From NCBI GenBank assembly GCA_977016875.1, contig CDRNST010000051.1, positions 5,332,001 to 5,396,000 of the forward strand: 64,000 bases of DNA, written 5' to 3'. The translations under genes and the position numbers were made by a program. Each line of letters begins with the position of its first letter. Position 1 is the first letter of the stretch. The notes beneath the pieces were generated by a model that saw nothing but the letters and a program-made list of their open reading frames with translations, did no database searches and was not told the origin of the DNA. Below are positions 1 to 11,825 of this stretch, one piece after another. This DNA is from Pavona decussata. Its lineage: Eukaryota.

Positions 1-66
1 TCGCACATAGAATTGCATGAAAGCTTGCATTATATTATGACAGATACAAACATCGGAATCGCTTAC

Positions 67-434
67 CTGTCGCTTTTCACGTTCACTGAGAACTTGAGGT
101 CCTTCAGGGAGGACTGCATCCCTTGTAGGCACAGAGCCCGTTATTAAATTTCTTTTTAACTTAAAACCAAGCGGTGATCCCAGGCTGTTAGTAAAGCAGC
201 TTTCCTCGAAATGAGCCGAGCACAATGATGCAAATTTGCTCAAAGGTTCACCGAAATCAACCCAGTGACGCTGCACAAATTTGACCCATTTTGCTCTCAC
301 AGTTGAATCAGTTGGAAACACATGCACTGAGATGCCTGGTGTGCAAAAGGTATTTGTGCCTATTCGGCATTTGCGACTCCTGCCACGCAGTATCTCCCTC
401 CTTTCCTCTCTGCCTTCCTCTTGCTTTCTGCCAT
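67..434 (-). pseudogene. THAP zinc-finger domain exon (frameshifted), probably the first exon of a Kolobok-type transposon gene
   Basis: Manual minus-strand translation gives MAESKRKAERKGGRYCVAG and, after a frameshift, KWVKFVQRHWVDF...SLCSAHFEESCF...LITGSVPT, matching the THAP C2CH/W/AVPT pattern. GT donor (gtaag) at 66. Confidence 0.7.
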
Positions 435-652
435 GTTTGTTTATGGGTCAAATCAATTGACGTCACAGAAAAATTCACGTTTCCTTTTGGCCGCGTGGCC
501 CATGCGGCAGTTTTCTACGCAAAATAGGGGTGTTTTCGAACGTAAAAAAACAGACTCAAGAAAATTTAAGACATTTTAATGCTCAGAATAGTTTTATATA
601 CATAACAAAGAACCAGAAACGGCAAAAAAATTTGGTGTCATATACACTTTAA
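435..652 (-). mobile_element. Putative Kolobok-like DNA transposon terminus
   Basis: Minus strand reads TTAA|AGTGTATATGACACC at 652-634 (TTAA target plus RR terminus), just upstream of the THAP exon. The partner end is not in the window. Confidence 0.4.
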
Positions 653-2654
653 TACCCCTTTCTTGTAATCTTGTTTCATCTCCTCCTGAACTAATTATTG
701 CAGGTATTTCTTAATGTTTGAAATCCAGTTAAGTCTTTATAACAGTTACCACGTACAAATGTGTCCTTTGACGAAAACAAAACTTCTTCAATGAGGCCTC
801 AGATGCAGACTAAACTCTTTCCAAAAGCACATATTCTACCAGAAGGACTTCTACAGAGAAAACAGTTATTTCTGACTTTTTGCGGTGCTTCTGCCATACA
901 TGAAGCAATGATCTGGAATAGCTTTGCATACATGAAAATATTAAGCGCCAAAATAAACTCCGGGAGATTTAATCCACTGGATGCCCTGTTCTGATTGGCT
1001 TTTCACTGAACAATATCTTAGCGCTAAGTGGCTCTCCATTAATTTCCAGTTGCTCTCCAACTGATATTTGCGAGCAATGGGAAAGGATTCACTGCTTGAA
1101 TCAGCAGATGAATGCATGACAAACCCTTAAGGCATCTACGGGAGAGGCTAGGTGTTTTCAGGCCTTTGGCCTTCGATAAAATCATGCACTACAGCTAAGA
1201 ACTGTTGCCCTTTGTTGGGTCTTTTCATTGACTTTTCATGTTCATCAATGTTTTGGATATTTCCAGTCTTTATGACCTCGTCTATATCATCAGGATAATA
1301 AAATGCACTCTCGCTATGCCATCCAGGGCTGTTTGACGCCATGAAGTAGTGAGTTAAAGCCTTATAAAGATAAAAAATTTTTACAGAATACTTTCAATTT
1401 TGGTGAACAAGTGGACAAAAACTCAACCTAGCGTTACGGTGCCTGTGGGCAAAGGAAAGGAAATCTTGATCGCCTTAAGAACCAATCATATTGCAGTATT
1501 CATTACCATACCAACTTGGAAAATATATTTATTTTCTGTAACAAATTGAGAAAAGGATGATTATCTACTCAAAATACGTGAAATAATGATGGTAATTACT
1601 GTCAACATTTCTTGTCAGTATGTTGATTTTCCTTCTGTGCCAAAAAAAATTAAACTATTAATTTTGTAATCAGTCGCCATTCCTAGTGAGGACAGCTTTT
1701 ATTGTAGCAGCAACGAAAATGTCTCCAATTTCTCCATGATTAGAAACAAGGTACTGTTGATAACATTGTTCTGATCCCATTTCCACTTCAGCATGGCTTC
1801 CATTCTGACCTTTTTCTTCTACTTTGGAGATCACCTCTTCTATGAATTTTATGATTTCATGTTTCCTCTTTCGCTTCTTTATTCAGTCGTTTGTTTGCAC
1901 TTTCTGTCTAGTTGCTGGGGTCTTTGATTGTGCTTCGTCTTGGGAATATTCTTCTTGTTGATTCTCATTTTCAGCGACACTGGTCCTTGAAATTAAGAGC
2001 AGATTCCACATAAGAGCTAAAAAAAAAAGCCTTTTAGTCAGTAAACGGTTAGAAAAAATACATTTAGTCAGTAAACAGCAAAAAAGGAGATTAGTCAGTT
2101 AATTTTTATGATTTTGTGACTTTCGTGTGCTGTAGATGGTCTCCTATTGCAAAGTAAGCCATGATTGAAATGAAATCAGTTATAACATAATTTTCTTTAC
2201 CGTATTGCACAATTAGTGCTCCTTTGCTCCCTTTTGGACTCCTGTGAGCGATTTTTAAGACCTTTGGCCAAAGAAGCACACTGAACACTAAGAATAATTT
2301 CTGTAATGTTACATTTACTTTCTGTTTTTCTGCAAAATGATTCACAATTACCGTTTACTTGTGCGTAAGTTCTGAACCAAAAACAAATACTTTATTAACA
2401 ATGCGTTTAAGGAAAGCAGATTTGATTTTTAAAGTAACAAACAGGCCAACTAATGCAGCTACGTAATAGAAACCTGTCAAGTTGAAGATTGCAAGTTTTG
2501 TTTTTTTTCTATACTTGTAGAATGTTTCTGATGTTATCCGCTGGTAATTAGTCGAAACACAGTTAACATTACATAAATAGTTTTAAGTGTTCAGACTCTG
2601 TTTAAGATTTCATGGCCTGCTATAAGGTCCTTTGTGCAATTACATCTTCTAGCC

Positions 2655-5600
2655 TTACAAGTCCAGTCTAACAACTGCTCTTGTTTGCCTCCCATGTCGA
2701 GTGGTCAGTTTATGAGACACAGCAAGTCCATCATCCTCATCTTCTTCAGCCTCGTCACCTGATAATGACGAATCGGAATCATACTCTTCCAAGTCTTCCA
2801 GAACTTCCTCTTCCACGTTCATGTCAAGGAAATCTTGTCGTAGTTTCACACTGTATGCTGTCAGGGGCAATGTTCCTGCAGAGAATTTAGTAGTTTGCTG
2901 CCTAACAGTAAGGTGGCGAACACATTACCCATGTTCCCTTGCCCATTCCCTGATCTTCACAATGTCTGCCCTGTCCATGGAAACTACTGGGATACAGTAC
3001 TGTGCAAAAGTAATGAGAGCGAAATTCGTCCTTTGTTCTCACAAATTTTCAAGGAAATTTCGAACGATATTTCGCGATCTTTCTTCAAAAGTTCTTCGAA
3101 GAACTTTCGAAGAAATGTTATGTGGAAATCGAAAATTCGGAAAAGCTAACAAAACTTCGATAAAACGAAGTTTGGAACGAGCGAAATAGCGAAGAATTTT
3201 CGCATAAGCAAAAGGAAACATCGAAGAATTTTCGAAGAAATGAAAGGAACATGGAAATTTCGTGACGTACGTACAGTAAGATAAACATTTACACTGAATC
3301 ACTTGAAGCCTACGCTGTGACATTCATGAACTGTATTCGTTTTCATTTTACGGCGCATATCTCTTTTGCTCTAAAATAGGAAAGTTTTTTTGGGACATAC
3401 ATACATGTAGGGATAAACTTCACATCGGCTAAAAACATTTTAGTTGAATGTGATTTAATCTGACAAAAGATCGTGACTTTCAAATCGTCTTTGTCGATTC
3501 AAATATCACAAAACACGAATAATTATGTAAAGGTATTTAATTTGGGTTCAAAACCAGGATGCACATAAACATTGACGGGGATGTGGGGCACTTAATCTGG
3601 TAGATGTTATTAAAAAGGATACAAACTAAGTGCTGAAGCACTGTTCCTTCCACTACGTGGGACGACACAAGAAAGCAATCGTGAGGCGAACGGCTGACTG
3701 TGCGTTGTCAATTTTACCACCTGCAATGGCAAATTTATTCAGTGGACTTTCTATTTCTGTTCTGGGTAAATGTTTTCTCATATTACAGTTTGCCAAACAC
3801 TTTGGTAAGATGTGGAATCCTCCTCAGATAAAACGGAATAAAACAAGCTGCGTGACATTTTGATTACATTCATGTGAGCGATGGTATGGTGGCCAGACTT
3901 CTCTCTTGAACTACGGTTGTCATGATTACGTATCCATCTATTGTTGAGATGAAACCTCGAGTGAATTGAATATATTACTGTAGCTTAAAGTGTCATTTTG
4001 AGAGAATCGTTTTCCGAAAATTTGATAAAAATCGAATTCCTCTGAAATTTCAAAATGCTGCTCGAAAATCCATTCGAACTTTCCAGTTGTAAATCGCTGA
4101 CAAGGCCGTAATTTCGAGCGTGTCAAAATAATAGCGGCTTCGAAAATTGGCGGAAGATTCGTTCAAGTTTCGTGTCCTTCGAAATTTCCCTGTTTCTCGC
4201 TACTTTTCGCCGAATTTCTACGAAATTATTCGCTCTCATTACTTTTGCACAGTACTGTAGGATCCAATTTGGGAACATTACACAGATCCATTGCCACTTC
4301 TGGGACTGGGTAGTACGACCGTTGATGGGTGAAGTATTTGGCGGACCAGTTGGTTATTCTCTTTACGGATTCCCACATTCCCTCTCCGAAATCTCTACAG
4401 TAATTTTTGGCTTCTGGATTTAAGACGTCTGATGCTTTAAGGAGTTGTGTGATGCTGTTTAACATCAACTTGCACGATTTGCTGGTCTTGCTGGACACGG
4501 TCCCTTCCGGTCCGTTGGTGACTTTGTCTGTTCCCAGCTGCTGTTGAACATCAGAAACGCATGTTTTGAGGTAAGTCGTGAGATTCTGCAGGCACGTTTT
4601 TGCTTCTACAAGGGAGGCATCAATGGATTTTTGGCCTTTCAAATGAACGCCAAAGTTACGATACAGGTCTCCAAGGTGTTTCAGGAATTCTGTTGTACCA
4701 TCCAAAGGCGTTACTACCTTCACACATCCTGTAGACGCACCAGTGATGTGCTGTGTTCTACCCTCCAGCAAATTCCATATGGCTGTGAGAATTCAACCAA
4801 TAGTGCACTACTATCAGCTGACTCTTGTTGGTGGCCTTTACCAGCATGCACTGACAAACCACTGCTGTCCATCTTCCACACTTGCCTGCTCTTCATGAGA
4901 GTAAAATAAATAGCACCTCTTCATCAACTGCAACACAGGCAATGTCCCTTTCAGGAGTGTGGGGTTCAGAGTTCCTCAACACTGTTGAGGCTTGGCGACT
5001 TGACCGTTTGAGCTTAAAGATACCACCCAGACGACCACTGGCAGTGAAGAAAGCACTGCTTTTTCCTTTTGAAAAAGCCAAGGAGACTACACTCATAGGA
5101 TGGGGATATGTAGCAAATGCTGTGCTGGTGCCTTGAATACCAACACCATTAAAATTGAGGCACACTTGCTTAAAACAGCCACTACCATCATTTGCAACCA
5201 GCAGAATGCCATCACTAAGAGCACACACAGCTGACGGCCTTTCGAATGATACCCCTGCGATGCAGTTCTCAGTTCCTTTATAGGACAGCTTTAACTCATC
5301 AAGATGCTTTTTCAGTCTTTCCCTTAGTTGTGCAACAGTCCCTTCCGTAGACAAGTGACATTCCTGGAGTTTTGTCTGCAGATCTTCTTTGTTCTTGAGT
5401 GTGCTTACTTTCAGTGTGACATTCCTTTCAACAGCAACTAAGTGGATCCTTTTACTACTTGGCTCTGTGCAATAGGCTACACCATTGGTGAACGCTACTG
5501 ATTTGGCATTTTGAATGACTTCAACAAGGACAATCACATCTGCTGGGGAATGGAGGCGCACCAGAAGAAGCTTGCTAGTGTCATGAAGAGGGTCGAAATC

Positions 5601-8600
5601 AACTACGAGCAGCTTACCAAAGGGGCCCCATGCTACAGAGAGTGGATGAGGGTACATGCGAGGGCGATTGCTTGACCACATCCGATATTTTTCCGGGACT
5701 ATCGTGTAAACAGTTCTGTCCAATGATTGAAGTACATCTAGCAGCTCTGGTGATGTCAGCAGAAAGATTGTATCGACGGCCATTTGGTCTTTGTTTCTCA
5801 GGGATTCTTCTGTAAGAAATCTCTTCAACTTCTTTCGTAGCTCAGGTTCACCTTCTCTTCTCAAGTTGTACAAAATTGCCAGTGTGGACCTTGTTCCCTT
5901 AAACCAGAGAATCCAATTTGACCAGCTGCATTTCAGGCTCTTTCCCAAGTGAACAACATCGGGCATAGCAGCAAGAAGGTACAATTCAGGAGGGGCATGT
6001 CCTTTAGCTGCATCATCATGGAGTTGGGTGAGGGCTTGCTTGTTAGATTCCTCACAATCAGTTGTCACAACAGCTACTGCCACATTTTCACACCTTGACC
6101 CACTATTTAGACATCGGGTACAAGCACGCAAGGCTGGGATGTGAGACGTTTGTCCCAATCTTTTGCAGTTTATACATACTTTCTTAGCATTCCAACATAC
6201 ATTGCAGTGAGCAGCACAATACTCTTGTCCTAAAGAAATCACTGACACAATCAGGTTGTTGCTGTTAGCACCATGGCAGCATTTGCGACACACTTGCACT
6301 GTACGTATTTTCTCAACCATTGCTGCTTTCACTTGCTCTCCAGTTTTGGACGTGGTGACATAATCCACAGCAACAGGCATCGAATTTTTCATGTCCATGC
6401 TTGTCAGAAAGTATGGCACGGCTTCTGTGACAAACTTGCCTTTTAATTCCTCACTCGACAGCTGTGGATGTCTGGTGACAAATTGTAAATCAACGGGATC
6501 TGTGAGACCAACACAGATTTTTAGACAATCATCAAATTGAATGCAAGGCTTTAACGCTGTGCCGTCTAATGCCATGACACAAGCCACTGTTTGAACCACA
6601 TTGGTACTGATAACTGGTGATGATGGATGAGGACCATCAAAAACAAGAGCCAGGAACGTTTCTAGAAGACCTATGAAGACAACACTATAGAGAGTATATC
6701 CTGATTGAACTTTCCTTAGGGCATTATCAGATGGCCCTCCAAGATTTGCATTTGAAAAGCTCAATTGCTTGATGCCACCACTTCCTGTTCCATGGTGACA
6801 TGGGCCACGGACAAATTTGACAGTTGCTGCTCCCCCAAGGTACTTGAAAAAAATTCCAGCACATCCTCATCCCACTTAAAGTCGTTCTTCCTTGACCAAT
6901 CAACGAGAGCGTATTTCACAGTATTGTTCACAAATTTGTAATAGAAACAATCTTTGGGCAGTTTTCCACTCTGGATTAAATCATTTAGGTTGTTCACCAG
7001 GGGATCAGCAGAGGCCAGTGACCTACAATTAAAATATCAATACAATACTAGTGAGTAGTTAGATAAACCTATGAACGGCAAAACATTTCATCTGTTTTCG
7101 TCTCTGAAGTTTCTGAATTATCTAATTGTCTGAGAATGAGTAAGTAGTTTGAAGCATACCATGGAAATACTGTCAGATCACCATCCTCCTCCACCTTATC
7201 ATTATCATTTCTTCCTTCCATTGTGTCATCAATTTCATCAGTTGTCTCAAGTAACGCTACAACTTGGTTGTCATGGTTGTCTCTGGAGTAGGAAATGCAT
7301 GATTCACAATTCTCCAAGGAATTGTTTTGAACTTCCAAACAATACTGTTTTGTCTCTTGACTCTCTTCGATACACTCATCAGGGGGAAATGAGAAAGTTG
7401 GCATGGCTATGTCAGGGCATATCGCAGACAATGTATCATCAAAGCTGCAATACAGGTAACACAGGAATGTTTTAGTCGGTAAGTATTGGGAGAATGTGCC
7501 AAAGCCAAGGAGGGTTAACAACACATTAATAAGTCTCATACAATCTCTATGATTTGAATCTCTTTATTTCACAAATCACTTTACTAGGCGTAAAAATTAG
7601 TTTTATTTCTTTTTGTTTTTGTTTTTTCAGAATCTTGACATTTATCACAAATACGTAAAATTTACCCATTTATTACAGCTACACGTCATCTATGTTTGAA
7701 AAATCATCTTCAATGTTCTTGAACATCTGGCTCAAGAGAATGCTGTTCGGTAGTTTGATTCTTCTTAGCTTTGGAAAACAAGACATCAATGGTCTTGGAA
7801 CAAGATGCACTTTTTTCAACCTCAGGTTTTCAACAACACAGAGGAATAAGGATCAATTAAAGCTCAGAGTTTATGACGCTTCTGTTTTAACATAATTATT
7901 TATGAGTCAGTTATGAATATATTGACTGCCTCTGTGGTTTTCATTGTTCTTATAGAATGCTTACTGTTGAGGAAGTGTTGTACTTTTCCAGAAACAGTTC
8001 GGTCTCCAGCAATCATTTCTAGAAACTGTTTCTGCTTTGCGAATTTTCTCTTTGGTGGCTTTGTCTTCGCTTGCCTCCACCTTCCTTTTCCTCTGGTCTT
8101 TTCCAGGTGTTTTATTGCGTGTTTTTGATTGAATTGATTGACTTAATTAATCACTACTTTTACTTCCTGTTTGGATCTCAATTACAATGGTTTTAGCAGA
8201 TCCCAGAGTTGTAATCTTTTCAACAACATGAATTACAATCAAGGAGAATTAAACAATTTCAATGTCACGATATTGTAAGTCATTTTTGCTTAAAAAAGTT
8301 ACTATCAACTTGAAGGAAAGCTCAAAATAACGACAATAATAGTTTACTAAGATGGGGTCTAAGGTAGGAAAACAACAAACAAGTAATAAGGGGAAAAACC
8401 GAAAATAAACAAGGATGGTTATGACTGAGGAAGACTGAAACGGATTTATATGAAGGATAAACTTTTAAGATGCGTCCTCTGTACATGACGTCGCTCCTTT
8501 AAACATTTTAAAGCCTAATGATCCGATTTAATGTAAAAAAATTGTTAAACTTACCGTTTAGTTCAGTACCAGAACTTTCAAGGAGTAGTGGTCTCTCCAG

Positions 8601-8837
8601 GTCCCATTGTTCCTGAGTATCAATTGCATAATTTTGGCAGTCACTTACTCATGTGGCTGACCTCACCAAACGAAACAATTTGAGCTCGAAGCAATTAACT
8701 CCGAGCTCCCTCTCCTACGCCAAGAAAACTCTGAAGTTGAAGCTGCTCAAGTCATCCTGAAAAGAAATTCTTGAACGAAAACGTTCGATAACTTGCAAGT
8801 TTTGGTAAAAAGTAATCACAGCACTTATGGCTGCCAT
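2655..8837 (-). pseudogene. Large multi-exon P-element/THAP9-like DDE transposase relic with Cys-rich, NHL-like beta-propeller and SAP-like insertions
   Basis: ORFs 6761-6997, 4893-6764, 4226-4771 and 2655-2870 join through frameshifts and removal of a MITE. P-like motifs occur in order: GPSDNALRK, CVMALDGTALKPCIQFD, VVTTDCEESN, PDVVHLGKSLK, KDQMAV. SAP-like segment LKNKEDLQTKLQECHLSTEGTVAQLRERLKKHL. NHL-like blades PLSVAWGPFGKLLVVD, PSAVCALSDGILLVAN and FSQPYGIC. Probable first exon about 8555-8837 with in-frame stops. Confidence 0.6.
2995..4257. mobile_element. Non-autonomous Tc1/mariner-type element (MITE)
   Basis: Perfect 29-bp TIR CAGTACTGTGCAAAAGTAATGAGAGCGAA at both ends, TA duplication at 2993-2994 and 4258-4259, TTCGAA-rich subterminal repeats, no transposase ORF. 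Confidence 0.9.
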
Positions 8838-9229
8838 TTTTGCAAGGTCTTGCAAAGCGGAGAGAAAAGCCTGGGATTGGTAACTAAAACCGCTGGCAGA
8901 GCGCAGGCTCGGGGCATGTCACGAAGTCATGCAATCTCCAACAGGACACACAACATACAAAATAGAGGGTACAAAAAGTCTCCAGAAGTATTAGACAAGG
9001 TCAAAGTCAACTAAAATTTACATTTTTACCTCAAAATTGTTATTTATAAGTGATTTACCATAATAGAGGCTTATTCAAGTGTTATTTAGGTTACATAAAA
9101 CCGGCAGTTATATTAGCAGAAAAAACAAAAAGAAAATTGCTATACAATATAGTATACGAAAAGAAAATTATACAACATAATTTAATCAAATTCAGGAAAA
9201 TAGATGAGTATTTACTATAATCAACACTG

Positions 9230-10360
9230 TTTCAGAACAATCTGGAATGTATCAAAACAATCTGGAATGAGAAAGTATTGTGTTTTTGTGAAAGTATCTG
9301 AAATTGCCTATAGTTTCTCAAATCTCAGAAAGTTTCTGATGATTAACCAATCAAAATCCACAGAGCATTCAACTGGAAGAAGGCTAATTTTACAACGACA
9401 ACCAGAAAGTATCTGAATCTTCCGAAATCTTCTCAATATACAGAAAGTGTCTGTGAACTACAGCCAATGAGAGTGAAAGTTAAAAATACCAGCAGATTAT
9501 GATGCATCTCAGAATGTTAAGCTGCCTCTACATGAAGTTACCAGTTGCTTTATTACCCAGTAACAACTAAAGAACTTCAAAGTAGAACTCATGTTTGAAA
9601 TAATTGTCAGGGATATATCATCATGCTAACATCAAAGCCTACCTTGAACCCCTTCAGTTCATATCAAAGTTGTAATTCATCGTTGAGGCCATTATTGTTC
9701 AGCTGTTGCGTTAGTCTGTTCGAGAGGTCGAGAGACTGCGTTTTGATTTACTTGTGTTGAATTGGCAGCAGCTCGTTTCGAGAGTGTAGCGTTGGCATTA
9801 ACAGATTACAAACATCGCTGCAATCGACTTACACTCACTTGACATAATCTAGGGATCGCCGAGTGATCGTATTTCGACGCGTATTAAGTGCGGACATATC
9901 AACGCATGGAGAAGGATTCTCAGTATCTAGGGGGGAAAATGCCGTTTAATTACAATGCAATCGTGACAAATTTCATTTCAATTTCGTGTTCCTAGAATAG
10001 GAACAGCGACAGACTATTGTTCTGTTTGTGTTCTTAAAAATGGTATCTGAGTAATGTCACTGTGATAAATAGAGCATTCAACCGTGAAGATAGTGAAAAA
10101 TTACATCAATACAACCAGAAAGTGTTTGAGTCTTCCAAAAGTTTCTCAACATACAGAAAGTTTCTGTGAACCCGTTGACCAATTAATGAGAGTTAAAATG
10201 ACCGTTTAGAGTTTGCATTGGCATTAACAGATTACAAACATGCGCTTTGCCATAACTGATGTTTCGCTGATTAATAGTGGAATATTTCGGTGACATCGCT
10301 CCACATTCTGATATCAACAATTTCGGAGAGAAACGAGTAGAGAAAGTTTCTGTGTGAGAA
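9230..10360. repeat. Degenerate dispersed repeats (AGAAAGTnTCTG motif; duplicated blocks)
   Basis: Block about 9402-9480 recurs at about 10116-10200. GGCATTAACAGATTACAAACAT occurs at about 9795 and about 10220. Confidence 0.55.
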
Positions 10361-10843
10361 ATGGTGTAAATATTCATTGTCTTTGTAATAGATATTTGGT
10401 TCACTCTAATACATCCAACACTCTAACCTCTTATTGCATCGTTACGTTGAAAAGCTTCATGTGAACCAACATAAAAATTACTTTGTTTTGACTATATAAA
10501 TGGCAGAATGCAAGGCGTATATTTCACCGTGACAGTGAAAAGCTTAACCTGTTAACAAGGCTCGAGTTTTAAAAATGTTTGGTCTGACAACACCAAGCTG
10601 CGTCTGAACAGAAGCTAACAGATGCTTACCTGCCTGAGGCTATTTTTTTTTTTGTTTATAGGTGGGAAATTGCAGCAAGGCACCAAGAGGAAGGGAGGAA
10701 GCGCCGTCTCTCGCCTTCTATTTTGGTTTTCAGGGATAATCCACATCGTACATAAAACAAATTCAGTAACCTTTCTTTGTTTAACGAAGGGCATGAATAC
10801 AACAATTAGGTACACATTATGAATACGTACTTTTACTTTCGTC

Positions 10844-11109
10844 TACCCTGGGTGGCAGAGGTTATTTTTTTCATTTGAAGGAGGGTAATTACGCGGCGAA
10901 GCCGCTGCAGCGAGGCGCGAAGCGCTGAGAGGAAAAAAATAAATGATACGAAATCTGCATGGAAATGAGGTTCTCGGTTCGTGTGACCAGAGGTTTATTA
11001 TTTCTCCTCGGCGCGAAGCGCCTCGTTGACGGCGCTTCGCGCCTATGGCGTGGCTTTCGCTGCGATTATTTGGATTAAAGGAAAAAATAAATCTCTGGCA
11101 TCCAGGGTA
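10844..11109. mobile_element. Palindromic TA-flanked MITE
   Basis: TACCCTGGGTGGCAGAGGTTATTTTT at the left end and AAAAATAAATCTCTGGCATCCAGGGTA at the right end form imperfect inverted termini. Internal GCGAAGC/GCTTCGC motifs. Confidence 0.75.
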
Positions 11110-11825
11110 ACTTTCGCCGATCCGTTAAATATTCATGACGAGAGATAAACATAGTCTGTTTATTACTTTTTATTATCAAATCCTTGATGTAGAGTGAAAA
11201 CAGCCTTATCAACGGGGCAATCGATTGACCCTTAATTCTGCAATTGGAATACATTATTACAATGATTATAATGAAGACACGAAGAACCATGCTTCGTAGC
11301 TATTTTTACAAATGTCAATTTATCCTGTATACCAGTGTAGTGTTACCCGTAGAACTTTCTGGTCTCCGCACTCATCAGCTCATCATAACAATTATTCGTC
11401 CACATGCAGTTGTCATGTAATTTTTAATATCATTGGGGGTTGTATATCAAGATATCTTGTGGCTGATATCACACCTTAGCATAAACTTCTGCCGATTCCC
11501 GAACGTCATGGGGCCGTTGTTGTTACTTTGCAATTTGAATGAAGAGCTCTGAATTTGTAACACAACCGCGAAAAAGGTGGAGCAAAACGATTACAAACAA
11601 CATCTTACAGGCACCAAAAATTCTTCGCATACCTCTTATACAATATTTTAGCTCCCAGAAAGCTCTCTTCCCTAGGCAAGCGTTCTTTGAATTGCATTCT
11701 CACAAACTTGACTTGAAATTTTAATACCAAAAGCGCCCCTGAGAGTTACAGAGTGAATACATGTCATTGGGTTAGCTCAAAATTTAACAGTTATTCACTT
11801 CACAGATAACTCATTATACACGTAA

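Noticed and set aside
660-2000. Possible coding relics (also 17500-18700, 31700-31950 and 34400-35230)
   Set aside because: They look exon-like on the minus strand but are too degraded to assign any product.
4893-6764. RAG1/RAG2-like (ProtoRAG) locus
   Set aside because: The catalytic motifs resemble P/THAP9 rather than RAG1/Transib, the blades look NHL-like rather than kelch, and no RSS-like ends are seen.
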